Below, piece by piece: positions 39,736 to 50,013 of a stretch of DNA of 64,000 bases. This DNA comes from an uncultured Poribacteria bacterium (GTDB lineage Bacteria; Poribacteria; WGA-4E; WGA-3G). The first letter of the stretch is position 1, and every line of letters begins with the position of its first letter. The translations under genes and the position numbers were made by a program. Location: contig OX638351.1 of the NCBI GenBank assembly GCA_951813565.1, positions 739,716 to 803,715 on the forward strand, given 5' to 3'. The notes below the pieces were generated by a model, which ran no database searches, had not been told where the DNA came from, and saw only the letters and a list, made by a program, of their open reading frames with translations.

Positions 39736-42700
39736 ATGGTAGATGACGATGTTCTACTCATACGCAAAATATTATTAGGGGACGATACTGCATTCAGCAC
39801 CTTAGTTGAAAAGTATCGAAAAGGTGTTCATGCTTTCGCGTGGCGAAAAATAGGAGATTTCCACCATGCTGAAGAGATTACGCAGGATGCTTTCATCCAA
39901 GTCTATAAAAATCTTTCCACACTCAGGAATCCAAACCAATTTGCTGGATGGTTATACGTAATTGCCAACCGTCTGTGTATCAAATGGAAGGAAAAAAGAA
40001 AAATAACGACTCAATCATTAGAAGGCACATCAATGTCAGAGATTAACGCATCTTCATACACCAAGTATATATCCGAACAGAGGGATAGAGAAGCAACCGA
40101 GAAACGACTTGAAATTGTAAACAAACTCCTGAAAAAACTGCCTGAAAGTGAACGGACTGTCATCACACTCTATTATTTAGGCGAAATGACTGCCAAAGAG
40201 ATTGGCAAGTTTTTAGGTGTATCTATTAACACGATTAAGAGCCGACTTCGCCGTGCGCGAGAGCGGTTAAAAGAGGAAGAAGCAATGATACGAGAAAACA
40301 TCAATTGTGTCCAATTTCCGACACAGACAACAGCAAACATTATGAAGGAAATATCGCAACTAAAACCTACCGCACCGTCTGGTAACAACCCTTTAGTGCC
40401 GATAGGTATATCCGCTGCGTCAGCGTTGATTGTCTTATTGTTGATGGGCGTTGGAATGCAATATCTTGTTCATTTTCAGAAGCCGTATACTTTAGAAGCA
40501 ACATCAGAACCAACGATTAAAATTGTTGATGCACAACTTGTCCTTGAGTCTCCCGTAGAAACAGCAGTGCGAAATCAGGTTGGACGGTCAGATGCTATCG
40601 GTAGAAACAGTGGGAAAGGACAACAACCAGATACTCCCCTATTCGCTGCAGCACAAGCAGATGATAGAGTGAAATCAGATGCGAAATCAGAATGGACTCA
40701 AACGAAAGGTCCAGAAGGCGGTGCAATCGGGACTTTATTCACAACCACAAGAGGTGACGTGTATGCCGGCACACTAAACGGACTCTACAGATTTTCTGAT
40801 GATGAACAAGCGTGGACACTCATAAACACAATCAAAGGTCCGCCATTGCCACTATATGATGGCGGATGGTGGTGGCCCGTTGCAGAGAGTCAGAGTGCCG
40901 ATATACTCTACCTTGCCACCGATATAGCGATATTAGAATCATTTGATAGGGGTGAAACATGGGAGACACTTTGTAAAGGTACAAATATAAATAGAGATAC
41001 GGACGTGTATGCAGTGCATCCTGTTGGCTTAGTCATAGCAGACAATGCTGTAGATATAACAATCTATCTCGCTTATAGAAATGGTGTTTTCCGAACAGAC
41101 GATGTTGGTAAAACATGGACACCTTTGCTCGCAGGTTTGGAAAACACGAAAATCCGAACAATTGCTGCTATTCAAGACACAGTTTTCGCTGGCACTTACA
41201 AAGGGTTATACCGCCTCAATAACAATGTATGGGAACAAGTGTTGATTGATCCGGAGAATGTGCAAAACAAAACACTTTACATCGCAGCGTTAGTAGTCTC
41301 AGAAAACAATCTGTATGTAGCGGCAAAGCAGGTTGAAAAAAGTCGCTCTACTGGGATTGGGATAGATATAGCATTAGATACGTTGGATATAAATTTAGAA
41401 TTAGCCCCGTTCAAACAAAAACAGACCACATGGTCCCTTTATCACACAAACGACATGGGGGATTCATGGCATGTTATAACGCCGAAACTGGATACCGCAG
41501 ACAATAAAGACAACTATATACGTGATCATTTGTCGGCATTATATAGGACAGTCGTCATTGAGAGTCCATCTATCCACTTAGCAGCATCTGGAGAAAAGAT
41601 CATGGTGGTTGTTGGGAAGTATCATTTCTACTCAATTAATGGCGGTAAGACATGGACACATTTAGATGATATAAGCAATGCGGATCATGTGTCAGGGGTC
41701 GTCCTATTGAATGACAACACCGTCTATAGAAGCGGATTATCCGGGATTCATCGCACAACTGATTGCGGTGCATCGTGGCATAAATCGGATACAGGGATCA
41801 TCAATACATTTATCCACCAGCTGATTTACATGAACAACACACTCTACGCGAACATAGGTCCACTCAGGGTATTAAGTTCCACTGACAGTGGAGATTCGTG
41901 GACACCGGTTGCTGGAGACACACATAAATACGCATCTTTAGTCGAATATGATGGCGCGCTATATGCCACAAACGAATCATATTCCGCTCTTAGAGTTTTC
42001 AGATTTTCACACGATGAGAATAGGTTCATTGAAATCCCTGACGTGCCAGTAATTGGAGAAAAGAAGCCACCGAACCCCAATAAAGTTGTGGTGGAAACAG
42101 TTACATTTGGTGAAGAAGAAAAACGCCCCATTGACAGACCTTTAAATCCAGATGATTTAGCTGACATTAACCCCAGAAACAAAGGTCTGACTTCAACGGA
42201 TCACAACATTGATATTAATGTTTTCCATGTATTACCTTTCGGAAGTTTTGCGGCGAGTCGGACAGCCTACTATGTGGAATACGAACACAAACTCTTCAGA
42301 TGGAAACCCGATACCACAGAATGGTATGACACCGGACTGGTAGATACAGGCCAAATTGATACTAATTTTGAAAACCCAGGAAACAATGGTTTTGTTAATA
42401 ATTTCAAACTTGCAGTTTCAAAAAACACCGTTTACGTAGGAATGCGAGACGGGCGGCTCATGCGATCCTTTGATGAAGGGGACACTTGGAAACATGCAGC
42501 CGCAGATCTTCCATTTCATGTTGAAAATTACAAGCAAATCATTTTTGTAGGACAAACCGTCTATGTCGCGACCGATAGGGGTGTTGCGCTATCCATCAAT
42601 GGCACTGATTGGCAAGCCATCATGGACACGCAAGGTGAAATTCTTGTCGTGGATATGTTTGCGGTTGATAGATCGAAGGTTTACGGTCTGTCCGGACAAA

Positions 42701-42864
42701 AGGTGTATTTATTATCCGAGCATTCTGGGACATGGCAGCAGGTTACACCTGAAATTACACATTCTATTTCCACTTTTGAGGTGGATGGGGATACGGTATA
42801 CGTTGGGACACAAGGGAAGGGCGTGTTCCGATTTACACTTGATGATTCGGGGAACGGTAAGTAG
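39736..42864 (+). CDS. ECF sigma-70 factor fused to a TM helix and a BNR/Asp-box beta-propeller
   Basis: Sigma region 2 (AEEITQDAF) and region 4 (TIKSRLRRAR); TM near aa 222-245; SFDRGETW, SINGGKTW, STDSGDSW, SFDEGDTW. Confidence 0.9.
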   Translation: MVDDDVLLIRKILLGDDTAFSTLVEKYRKGVHAFAWRKIGDFHHAEEITQDAFIQVYKNLSTLRNPNQFAGWLYVIANRLCIKWKEKRKITTQSLEGTSMSEINASSYTKYISEQRDREATEKRLEIVNKLLKKLPESERTVITLYYLGEMTAKEIGKFLGVSINTIKSRLRRARERLKEEEAMIRENINCVQFPTQTTANIMKEISQLKPTAPSGNNPLVPIGISAASALIVLLLMGVGMQYLVHFQKPYTLEATSEPTIKIVDAQLVLESPVETAVRNQVGRSDAIGRNSGKGQQPDTPLFAAAQADDRVKSDAKSEWTQTKGPEGGAIGTLFTTTRGDVYAGTLNGLYRFSDDEQAWTLINTIKGPPLPLYDGGWWWPVAESQSADILYLATDIAILESFDRGETWETLCKGTNINRDTDVYAVHPVGLVIADNAVDITIYLAYRNGVFRTDDVGKTWTPLLAGLENTKIRTIAAIQDTVFAGTYKGLYRLNNNVWEQVLIDPENVQNKTLYIAALVVSENNLYVAAKQVEKSRSTGIGIDIALDTLDINLELAPFKQKQTTWSLYHTNDMGDSWHVITPKLDTADNKDNYIRDHLSALYRTVVIESPSIHLAASGEKIMVVVGKYHFYSINGGKTWTHLDDISNADHVSGVVLLNDNTVYRSGLSGIHRTTDCGASWHKSDTGIINTFIHQLIYMNNTLYANIGPLRVLSSTDSGDSWTPVAGDTHKYASLVEYDGALYATNESYSALRVFRFSHDENRFIEIPDVPVIGEKKPPNPNKVVVETVTFGEEEKRPIDRPLNPDDLADINPRNKGLTSTDHNIDINVFHVLPFGSFAASRTAYYVEYEHKLFRWKPDTTEWYDTGLVDTGQIDTNFENPGNNGFVNNFKLAVSKNTVYVGMRDGRLMRSFDEGDTWKHAAADLPFHVENYKQIIFVGQTVYVATDRGVALSINGTDWQAIMDTQGEILVVDMFAVDRSKVYGLSGQKVYLLSEHSGTWQQVTPEITHSISTFEVDGDTVYVGTQGKGVFRFTLDDSGNGK

Positions 42865-42868
42865 ACCG

Positions 42869-43026
42869 TATCTCATGAATCATCTGTAGGGCGGGGTCTC
42901 TGTGCCCCCCTGTGTAAGACACATGCCAAGCAACGGGCGGGCACCAAATCAAGAAATCAACGCTACAAATGCCTTTAAGGATTTGCAGCGTTGATTTCTT
43001 GATTTGGTCTAATCCGAGATTCAGAT
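42869..43026. repeat. REP doublet truncated by a palindromic micro-element derivative
   Basis: TATCTCATGAATC end; GTAGGGCGGGGTCTCTGTGCC; perfect 20 bp arms CAAATCAAGAAATCAACGCT at 42945-43006. Confidence 0.7.
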
Positions 43027-43068
43027 TTCACCCTTGACACAACTCTTAATTTCTGCGAAAATAACCCC

Positions 43069-43581
43069 ATGCCACGCAAAAACAAGATTCTCAATATCGG
43101 CGATACAGCGCCCTCATTTTCACTGCCATCACATCGGCGGCAAACTGTTTCACTTGCGTCTTACCGCGACGAACAACACGTGATTTTGACATTTTTTAGA
43201 GGGACATGGTGACCAAACAGCCGCCGCCAGTTGGCTGCATTACAAGAACATGCGAATGATTATGCAGAACATAACGCTACACTGATCGCTATTGCGGGAC
43301 AGTGGCCTCGTGAATTACGTGGTTTTGCCGAGCGGAACGGAATTACGTACCCACTATTGGTTGACAAAGATCGGAGCGTTATCAAGAGTTATGGCGTCTA
43401 CCACTGGCTCAGTTTTGAGGCTTACAACATCGCCAGACCAGCCACCTTTCTCATTGACAAACTCGGGACAATTCGGTATATGTATATTGGGTCGCATCAA
43501 TTCGATTTGGTGGATCATGCTGAGGTGCTTGAATGCTTGAAATCAATAGATAGTGGCAAAAATGATTTTGAATTGCAGTGA
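43069..43581 (+). CDS. peroxiredoxin-like AhpC/TSA (redoxin) protein, probable selenoprotein with UxxS
   Basis: ATG 43069 reads MPRKNKILNIGDTAPSFSL..FFRGTW-TGA(43210)-PNSRRQL, in frame with ORF 43231-43581 (YPLLVD, ARPATFLIDK.G.IRY). Confidence 0.85.
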
Positions 43582-43763
43582 AAATATGGTATACTAATGT
43601 ATGCTTAGCATTGTAGCAGATGTATCAGGTTTCGTTAAAGTCATGTAAGAGAAAGCAGAAGCACATCCTTTGGGAACAGTAAGGTCTTCATGGGTTTCAT
43701 AAGTCTGGTATTTCTTGAGATATACATTACACCGAAATATTGCCTCTGTTTAATGGAATAACC

Positions 43764-44261
43764 ATGAAGAAACTTATATTCTCTTTCTCAGGGCGAATTA
43801 ATCGTAAAACGTTTTGGTTATGTTCAATTTTGTGGTTAATCTGCTTTCTCTTTTATATAACATTTATCGCGTTTCTTTATGGTGCGGGATACATATCTGT
43901 GTTTTTTTATAACGTCTTATTTATATGGGGAATGTTAACAAATGCGCCATTTTGTATTAAACGATACCAAGATAGAGGTAAACCCGCAGGGAAGCTGCTA
44001 AAATGGTCAATTATTTGGGGGTCTGTTGCTTATATCGCAAATTTTTCAGGTAAAATTGCAAAGCAAACGGAACAGTTCCAAATTACTGGTGAATATAATC
44101 TTGAACCAGTGAATCCTTATGATGATCCTTTAGGAACTTTTGCGGGAATATTTTTTTTAGGTGTCTTTGTTTTTATCATAATTGCTTGTGGATGTCGTAA
44201 AGGAATGGATGGACCAAATCAATACGGTGAAAGGCCTAATTTCTTTTCAGTGAGTAATTAA
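43764..44261 (+). CDS. DUF805 family membrane protein
   Basis: FSFSGRINRKTFW, KRYQDRGK, GPNQYG. Confidence 0.85.
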   Translation: MKKLIFSFSGRINRKTFWLCSILWLICFLFYITFIAFLYGAGYISVFFYNVLFIWGMLTNAPFCIKRYQDRGKPAGKLLKWSIIWGSVAYIANFSGKIAKQTEQFQITGEYNLEPVNPYDDPLGTFAGIFFLGVFVFIIIACGCRKGMDGPNQYGERPNFFSVSN

Positions 44262-44396
44262 ATAACCAGGACCTACGCACAAGCGGTAGGCGCTGAATCG
44301 TGGCAAGTCATTGGACTTGCCACGATTCAGCGTGTTCAGTTGAATTTAGGTAATGAACAAACTACTTAATGAACAAACTACTTATAGAGAACTTAC

Positions 44397-44841
44397 GTAA
44401 CGTGAGTTTGATAATTAGATTGAATATAGATGTAGGTTGGGTAGAGCGAAGCGAAACCCAAATCAACGGTATGAATGCCTGTTGGCATTCCCCGGGTGTC
44501 AATTTAAGAACAAATGGTTGAATTATCTCTTGTGGGAGGGGTTTGTAACCCCGATTTTTAAGATTCAAGCAGTTAAATCCAAATCAACGCCAAATGCGCG
44601 TATGGCATTTGGCGGGGTTGAAAACCCCTCCCACAAGAAGATGAATCCTTAAGTTTACACCTATGGGTAGAGCGAAGCGAAACCTAACAATTCAACCGTC
44701 TTGAGAGTAATAAAGAGTTAGGTTTCACTTATTTTTTCGGAAATATCGACCCCAAATAGGTCAACAACCTCTCTTTAGGGTCTGTTTCTATTGTAGATTT
44801 CCGTTCTACCCAACCTACGGGATTTATCAAACTCACGTTAC
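44397..44841. mobile_element. MITE-like element (inverted copy of 27158-27479) with a cargo-bearing cassette and two micro-elements
   Basis: Perfect ends GTAACGTGAGTTTGATAA / TTATCAAACTCACGTTAC; direct repeats 44438-44460 and 44664-44686; micro-elements 44459-44494 and 44580-44614. Confidence 0.85.
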
Positions 44842-44997
44842 GTAAAATAAGGGGACCATCGTTGGTCTAAATGCCCCAGTAGAAACATTATCAATTTGAG
44901 GATAGTGAGGTCTATAGTTTTATTCGGAACACAATGATACAACAAACCAAAGGCTAAACAACGGTTTTCGATTAGAAACAGATTTCAGTTTATTACG

Positions 44998-46101
44998 ATG
45001 GATGAAGGGCATGTAGCGTTTATGCAACGCGCATTAACTTTGGCAGAACAAGGAAGGGGACGCACGAGTCCGAATCCGCTTGTCGGTGCGGTGATTGTTA
45101 ATGCTGGAAAAATCATTGGTGAAGGATATCACCAGAAAGCGGGTGGACCGCACGCGGAAATTCACGCATTGCACGCAGCTGGAGAGGAAGCAAAAGGTGG
45201 AACACTCTATGTAAATCTTGAACCTTGTTGTCATTGGGGACGAACACCACCTTGCACTGATGCACTCATCCAAGCGGGAATCACACATGTTTATGCCGCA
45301 CATTTGGACCCAAATCCGAAGGTTGCAGGAAAAGGCATCCAACAGTTAGAGGAAGCAGATATAACAGTTAACGTAGGTGTGTGTGCAGAAGCAGCGGAAA
45401 AACTGAATGAAATCTACATAAAACATGTGCGAACGGGTTACCCGTTTGTGATACTGAAAATGGCGATGAGTTTGGACGGGAAAATCGCAACGTCCACCGG
45501 TGAATCGCAATGGATTACATCTTCAGCATCACGGCAAAAAGCGCATAAAATACGGGATGAGGTAGACGCCATTCTGGTCGGAATTGGGACAATTACAAGC
45601 GATAATCCTGCTCTAACGACAAGACTACCGAACAAACAGGGGAAAGACGCAACGCGGATTGTTTTAGATTCACACGGACGAACACCTACATCAGCAAAGA
45701 TATTCAATTCGTTGAGTGAGGCAGGTGTTATTATTGCTGTTACACCACAAGCATCTGCCAAAAACATTGCTACTTTAGAAAAGGCGGGTGCTGAAGTCAT
45801 AACCACATCTGTGAAAGGTGGACGGGTCTGTTTTAAAACGTTGATGAAGACATTAGGTGCACGCGGCATAACAAGTGTATTGGTAGAGGGTGGTGGTAAA
45901 GTCAACGCAAGTGCATTAGCGTCAGGTGTTGTGGATAAGGCAATATGTTTTGTGGCACCTAAATTCATCGGAGGCAAAGAAGCACCAGGTGTCCTTGATG
46001 GTGAAGGCATTAAACGTTTGGCAGATGCACCGGAATTAGAACGAGTCACTATCACCCAATTTGACTGTGATCTATTGATTGAGGGGTATTTCGTTAAATA
46101 A
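44998..46101 (+). CDS. ribD: riboflavin biosynthesis deaminase/reductase RibD
   Basis: PNPLVGA, HAE, LEPCCHWGRTPPC, VEGG. Confidence 0.97.
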   Translation: MDEGHVAFMQRALTLAEQGRGRTSPNPLVGAVIVNAGKIIGEGYHQKAGGPHAEIHALHAAGEEAKGGTLYVNLEPCCHWGRTPPCTDALIQAGITHVYAAHLDPNPKVAGKGIQQLEEADITVNVGVCAEAAEKLNEIYIKHVRTGYPFVILKMAMSLDGKIATSTGESQWITSSASRQKAHKIRDEVDAILVGIGTITSDNPALTTRLPNKQGKDATRIVLDSHGRTPTSAKIFNSLSEAGVIIAVTPQASAKNIATLEKAGAEVITTSVKGGRVCFKTLMKTLGARGITSVLVEGGGKVNASALASGVVDKAICFVAPKFIGGKEAPGVLDGEGIKRLADAPELERVTITQFDCDLLIEGYFVK

Positions 46102-46745
46102 TGTTTACCGGTATTATTGAAGAAATTGGCACAATTACCGAAGTACAGCCACAATCCAACGGTATAACTGTCAAAATTAAGGCAGAAACGGTGTTGGAAG
46201 ATGCCAAAGTAGGTGATAGTATCGCTGTTGACGGCCCGTGCTTAACAGTGCGCGATCTTGAACAAGAAGCATTCGTAGCTGATATCAGCGAAGAGACCCT
46301 CCGCAGAACAACTTTACGTTCATGTAAAGTCGGTACACGTGTCAATCTGGAACGTTCGCTTCGGTTAGGTGATCGTATTGGTGGGCATTTGGTATTAGGT
46401 CATGTTGATGAAATTGCGACCATCAGCGGATGGAAAAACGAAGGCAGCTCTTCAATCATGCAGGTAACAGTAAGTCCAAAAGTAAAACCCTACATCGCCT
46501 ATAAAGGTTCTATCGCTGTTGATGGCGTAAGTTTAACTATCGCGAACGTGTCCGATAATAAATTTGAGGTGGCACTCATTCCTCATACTTTGCAAGTTAC
46601 AGCCCTTAGCGGAAAACGAAACGGCGATATCGTGAACATTGAAGTTGATGTGATGGCGCGTTATATTGAAACCCTGATGCAAAACCAGGTCCCGCCATCG
46701 CAGACACTTGATTTAGAATTTTTACAAAAACATGGATATGGTTAA
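46101..46745 (+). CDS. ribE: riboflavin synthase
   Basis: MFTGII, GGHLVLGHVD, KGSIAVDGVSLT. Confidence 0.97.
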   Translation: MFTGIIEEIGTITEVQPQSNGITVKIKAETVLEDAKVGDSIAVDGPCLTVRDLEQEAFVADISEETLRRTTLRSCKVGTRVNLERSLRLGDRIGGHLVLGHVDEIATISGWKNEGSSSIMQVTVSPKVKPYIAYKGSIAVDGVSLTIANVSDNKFEVALIPHTLQVTALSGKRNGDIVNIEVDVMARYIETLMQNQVPPSQTLDLEFLQKHGYG

Positions 46746-46768
46746 GGAACTGAAACCCAAAATACATC

Positions 46769-47986
46769 ATGAAATTTAGTACCATTCCCGAAGCCCTCTC
46801 TGCTATTAAAGCTGGTGAGATGATTATTGTTGTTGACGAACCTGACCGCGAAAATGAAGGCGACCTCATTATGGCGGCGGAAAAGGTAACAGCAGAATCC
46901 ATCAACTTTATGGCAAAGCACGGGCGCGGATTGATTTGCCTTCCCACCTGTTCCGAACGTCTCGCTGAACTCCAACTAAATCCGATGGTCTCGGATAACA
47001 CCGCACAGATGCAGACTGCGTTTACTGTGACGATTGACGCGAAGGAAGTCACCACTGGAATTTCTGCCCAAGAAAGAGCCTACACTATTCGGAAATTTGT
47101 TGATGAAAACGCTGTTCCATCAGATTTTGTGAGACCAGGACATATCTTTCCATTAGAAGCTAAACCGGGAGGCGTGCTACGCCGCGCAGGACACACGGAA
47201 GCAACGGTTGATTTGGCACAACTCGCAGGATTATACCCAGCAGGTGTTTTATGTGAAGTCCTCAACGATGATGGCACGATGGCACGTGTCCCTGAACTAT
47301 TTGAATTTGCACAACACCACGACCTCAAAATTATCACTATTTCTGACCTTATCGCATATCGCCGCCGCACCGAAACCCTGATAAAACGGATTTCAACAGC
47401 GGAAATTCCGACTGTTCACGGAGAATTCAAACTTCATGCTTATGAAAGCAACGTTGATGGGTCGCCAACACCGGGTGAGCCAACTGATACACACGTTGCG
47501 TTAACTAAAGGACAAATTGTGGATGGAGGTCCTATATTAGTTCGGGTGCATTCGCAATGTTTAACAGGCGATGTTTTCGGTTCACTCCGTTGTGATTGTG
47601 GTGAACAACTCCAAATAGCGCTTCAAAACATTGAGAAAGAGGGTAGAGGCGTGCTGCTGTATATGCGTCAGGAAGGTAGAGGCATGGGACTCAAAGACAA
47701 AATTCGCGCGTATCACCTCCAAGACAATGAAGGTTTAGACACTGTTGAAGCGAACGAACGCCTCGGATTTCCGCCAGATTTACGCGATTACGGTATAGGT
47801 GCGCAAATACTTGTTGATTTAGGCGTTGAAAAGATGCGGCTTATGACGAATAACCCTCACAAAGTCAAAGGGTTATCAGGTTATGGGTTGGAAATCGTTG
47901 AACAAATTCCCTTGCAGACGACCCCGAATCCATATAACAAGCGTTATCTACAGACAAAACGAACAAAATTGGGACATCTCCTCTAA
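46769..47986 (+). CDS. ribBA: bifunctional DHBP synthase / GTP cyclohydrolase II
   Basis: [30 protein letters not shown]. Confidence 0.97.
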   Translation: MKFSTIPEALSAIKAGEMIIVVDEPDRENEGDLIMAAEKVTAESINFMAKHGRGLICLPTCSERLAELQLNPMVSDNTAQMQTAFTVTIDAKEVTTGISAQERAYTIRKFVDENAVPSDFVRPGHIFPLEAKPGGVLRRAGHTEATVDLAQLAGLYPAGVLCEVLNDDGTMARVPELFEFAQHHDLKIITISDLIAYRRRTETLIKRISTAEIPTVHGEFKLHAYESNVDGSPTPGEPTDTHVALTKGQIVDGGPILVRVHSQCLTGDVFGSLRCDCGEQLQIALQNIEKEGRGVLLYMRQEGRGMGLKDKIRAYHLQDNEGLDTVEANERLGFPPDLRDYGIGAQILVDLGVEKMRLMTNNPHKVKGLSGYGLEIVEQIPLQTTPNPYNKRYLQTKRTKLGHLL

Positions 47987-47993
47987 AATATAC

Positions 47994-48341
47994 TATAGTT
48001 TGGACAATTCTTGTCTCGTGGAAGTTGGGTTTTAACGGAAATCTATTTTTTTAAGAGTTTCGAATATCAGTGGAACACAGCGAAAATTGCCGCACTCCAG
48101 CGGAGTGCTATGTCTATAGAAAACGTTATGCCACATTCTTGCACTCCAGCGGAGTGCTATGTGTCGGAAATCACATGCCGCTCCGCTGGAGCGGATATAT
48201 CGGTTCATAAAGTGGCTATAAACATTTTGCTCCGCTTGAACAAAGAGGGTTCCATTATGTCCGTTATGTGTTGATTGGGTGAAATAAGTGGTGAACTAAT
48301 TTCTTATATCATCTCACGTTTTTAAAATTGCCCAAACTATA
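47994..48341. mobile_element. MITE-like element inside the rib operon
   Basis: Ends TATAGTTTGGACAATT / AATTGCCCAAACTATA. Internal GCACTCCAGCGGAGTGCTATGT twice (48092, 48141) plus two degenerate inverted copies. Confidence 0.75.
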
Positions 48342-48379
48342 GCGAATTATAAGCGAATTTTATTGTAGGAACGATAACT

Positions 48380-48859
48380 ATGCCAAACATATATGAAGGT
48401 GACCTAAATAGCAGCGGACTCAAATTCGGAATCATTGTAAGTCGGTTTAACAGTTTTATCACGACAAAACTTTTGGATGGCGCACTTGATGCTATTAAAC
48501 GCCATGGCGGCAACTTAGATGAAGTAGACGTTGTCTGGATTCCTGGTGCTTTTGAAACGCCAAGTATCGCCAAACAACTTGCCGAAAGTGAGCGATACGA
48601 TGCACTTATCTGTATTGGTGCTGTTATTCGCGGTGCTACACCACACTTTGATTATGTTGCGGGTGAAAGTGCCAAAGGCATCGCGCACGTTTCTCTAAAT
48701 ACTGGTATTCCGATTATCTATGGAATTATTACCACAGATACGATTGAACAAGCGATTGAACGCGCAGGTACAAAAGCCGGGAACAAAGGTGCTGAAGCAG
48801 CTGTAACCGCAATTGAAATGGCAAACCTTCGCAAACAACTGCAAACGCTTGATTCTTGA
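48380..48859 (+). CDS. ribH: 6,7-dimethyl-8-ribityllumazine synthase
   Basis: [27 protein letters not shown]. Confidence 0.97.
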   Translation: MPNIYEGDLNSSGLKFGIIVSRFNSFITTKLLDGALDAIKRHGGNLDEVDVVWIPGAFETPSIAKQLAESERYDALICIGAVIRGATPHFDYVAGESAKGIAHVSLNTGIPIIYGIITTDTIEQAIERAGTKAGNKGAEAAVTAIEMANLRKQLQTLDS

Positions 48860-48981
48860 AGCACTTGTGATACTAAAATTAACCTAATTTGCAGAGCAGG
48901 GTCTCCATGCTTCATCCTGCGGGGAGGCGAAAAATCCTTGCACTATTTGAAACGCAAACACTTTTGATGGAGATTAACCCA

Positions 48982-49626
48982 ATGCAATATGACAAAAACA
49001 GATACCAAATATGGGCACTACCTCACCCTCTGGTCTTATTCTGGATATTAAACCCGGCTGCGATAATCAATGAACTGATTTTGGGGCAACGGTTGCCAAA
49101 GATAATGTTGATAGACGCAGAAAGCGATGCACCTTTTGCGGAACGTAGTTATATTCCGTGTCCTCACTGCGAAACACTAAATGATGGTCGTATATGGGGA
49201 AAAGGAAATGCACTCGGACATTGGTTTGGGTTTGTTTGTCCAAATTGCCATCAAATAATTCCGTGTCTATGGAGTTTATATAGTTATGCTGTCTTGGCGG
49301 TTACTTATCCACTGTGGTATTTTCCTGCTCGGTTCTTCCGCGATAGATGGATAGCGAAAGAAAAAGCAAGATTGGCAACAGTTCTTGAACGTCCTTTAAT
49401 TCAAGCGAATGAAGTAAATTGGCTTTTAATAGGCATTTCCTGTTTGGGTGGATTCATGTGGTTGATTATGGGGTTTATTCCGGAGGTGCGGAATGTCTTG
49501 AATGGAGAAGAATGGGATTTTATAATGTTGTTTGTTATTCAGTTGCCACTTTGGTTGGTAACAGGCTTCTGCTGGGGCTTGTTTATGCGTATTTTCATGA
49601 ATAAGAAGGGGAAGGGGAGACGCTAA
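48982..49626 (+). CDS. hypothetical membrane protein with two CxxC pairs
   Basis: CPHC and CPNC plus several TM segments; start uncertain (48967 or 48982). Confidence 0.65.
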   Translation: MQYDKNRYQIWALPHPLVLFWILNPAAIINELILGQRLPKIMLIDAESDAPFAERSYIPCPHCETLNDGRIWGKGNALGHWFGFVCPNCHQIIPCLWSLYSYAVLAVTYPLWYFPARFFRDRWIAKEKARLATVLERPLIQANEVNWLLIGISCLGGFMWLIMGFIPEVRNVLNGEEWDFIMLFVIQLPLWLVTGFCWGLFMRIFMNKKGKGRR

Positions 49627-49651
49627 ATTCCCGCGCTAACCGTAAAGTGAG

Positions 49652-49771
49652 CGCGGCACTGACCGTCCCGATAACCTACAACTGCTCTGCGGTGCGTGTA
49701 ATTCAACGAAAGGCAACGGCACGCAGGCACAACTCATCGCCCGATTGAAAGAACAAGGTGTGTTACAGTAA
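49652..49771 (+). pseudogene. 3' remnant of an HNH endonuclease domain
   Basis: Translates as RGTDRPDNLQLLCGACNSTKGNGTQAQLIARLKEQGVLQ*; no N-terminal part present. Confidence 0.75.
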
Positions 49772-49797
49772 ACAGATGTGGTAGAAGAAAATGATTG

Positions 49798-50001
49798 CAT
49801 AGGTGTCAATTTAGTCCCACATTGTAGGACGGGGTCTCTGTGCCCCGCCATCACATAGGACATGCCAGGCAACGGGCGGGCACCAAATCAACGGTATGAA
49901 TGCCTTTTGGCATTCCCCGGAGACCCGCCCCTACAATAGGGTAGGGTTTAGTTAAGCAATCACGTAAAAATTTGAAATAAATTCTTAAGTTGACAGTTAT
50001 G
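49798..50001. mobile_element. CATAGGTGTCAATTTAG..CTTAAGTTGACAGTTATG cassette with REP doublet and micro-element cargo
   Basis: Same ends as the 13.6, 27.4, 44.5 and 60.6 kb copies; micro-element 49884-49919; both flanks contain AAATGATTGCA. Confidence 0.8.
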
Positions 50002-50013
50002 GATAAAACATAA

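Noticed and set aside
44351-44383. 16 bp tandem duplication TAATGAACAAACTACT
   Set aside because: A single local duplication with no supportable function.
44362-44652. Short ORFs in intergenic repeats (also 13537, 27304, 48011, 49636, 60468, 60495)
   Set aside because: They lie within palindromic elements, with no SD or recognisable domain.
44262-44997. FMN riboswitch upstream of ribD
   Set aside because: No recognisable RFN consensus by eye; the region is mostly repeat elements. An Infernal search with the FMN model would settle it.
45438-46154. Long antisense ORFs (also 12429-13037, 36328-36936, 51240-51794, 57861-58415)
   Set aside because: Shadow frames of well-supported genes on the opposite strand.
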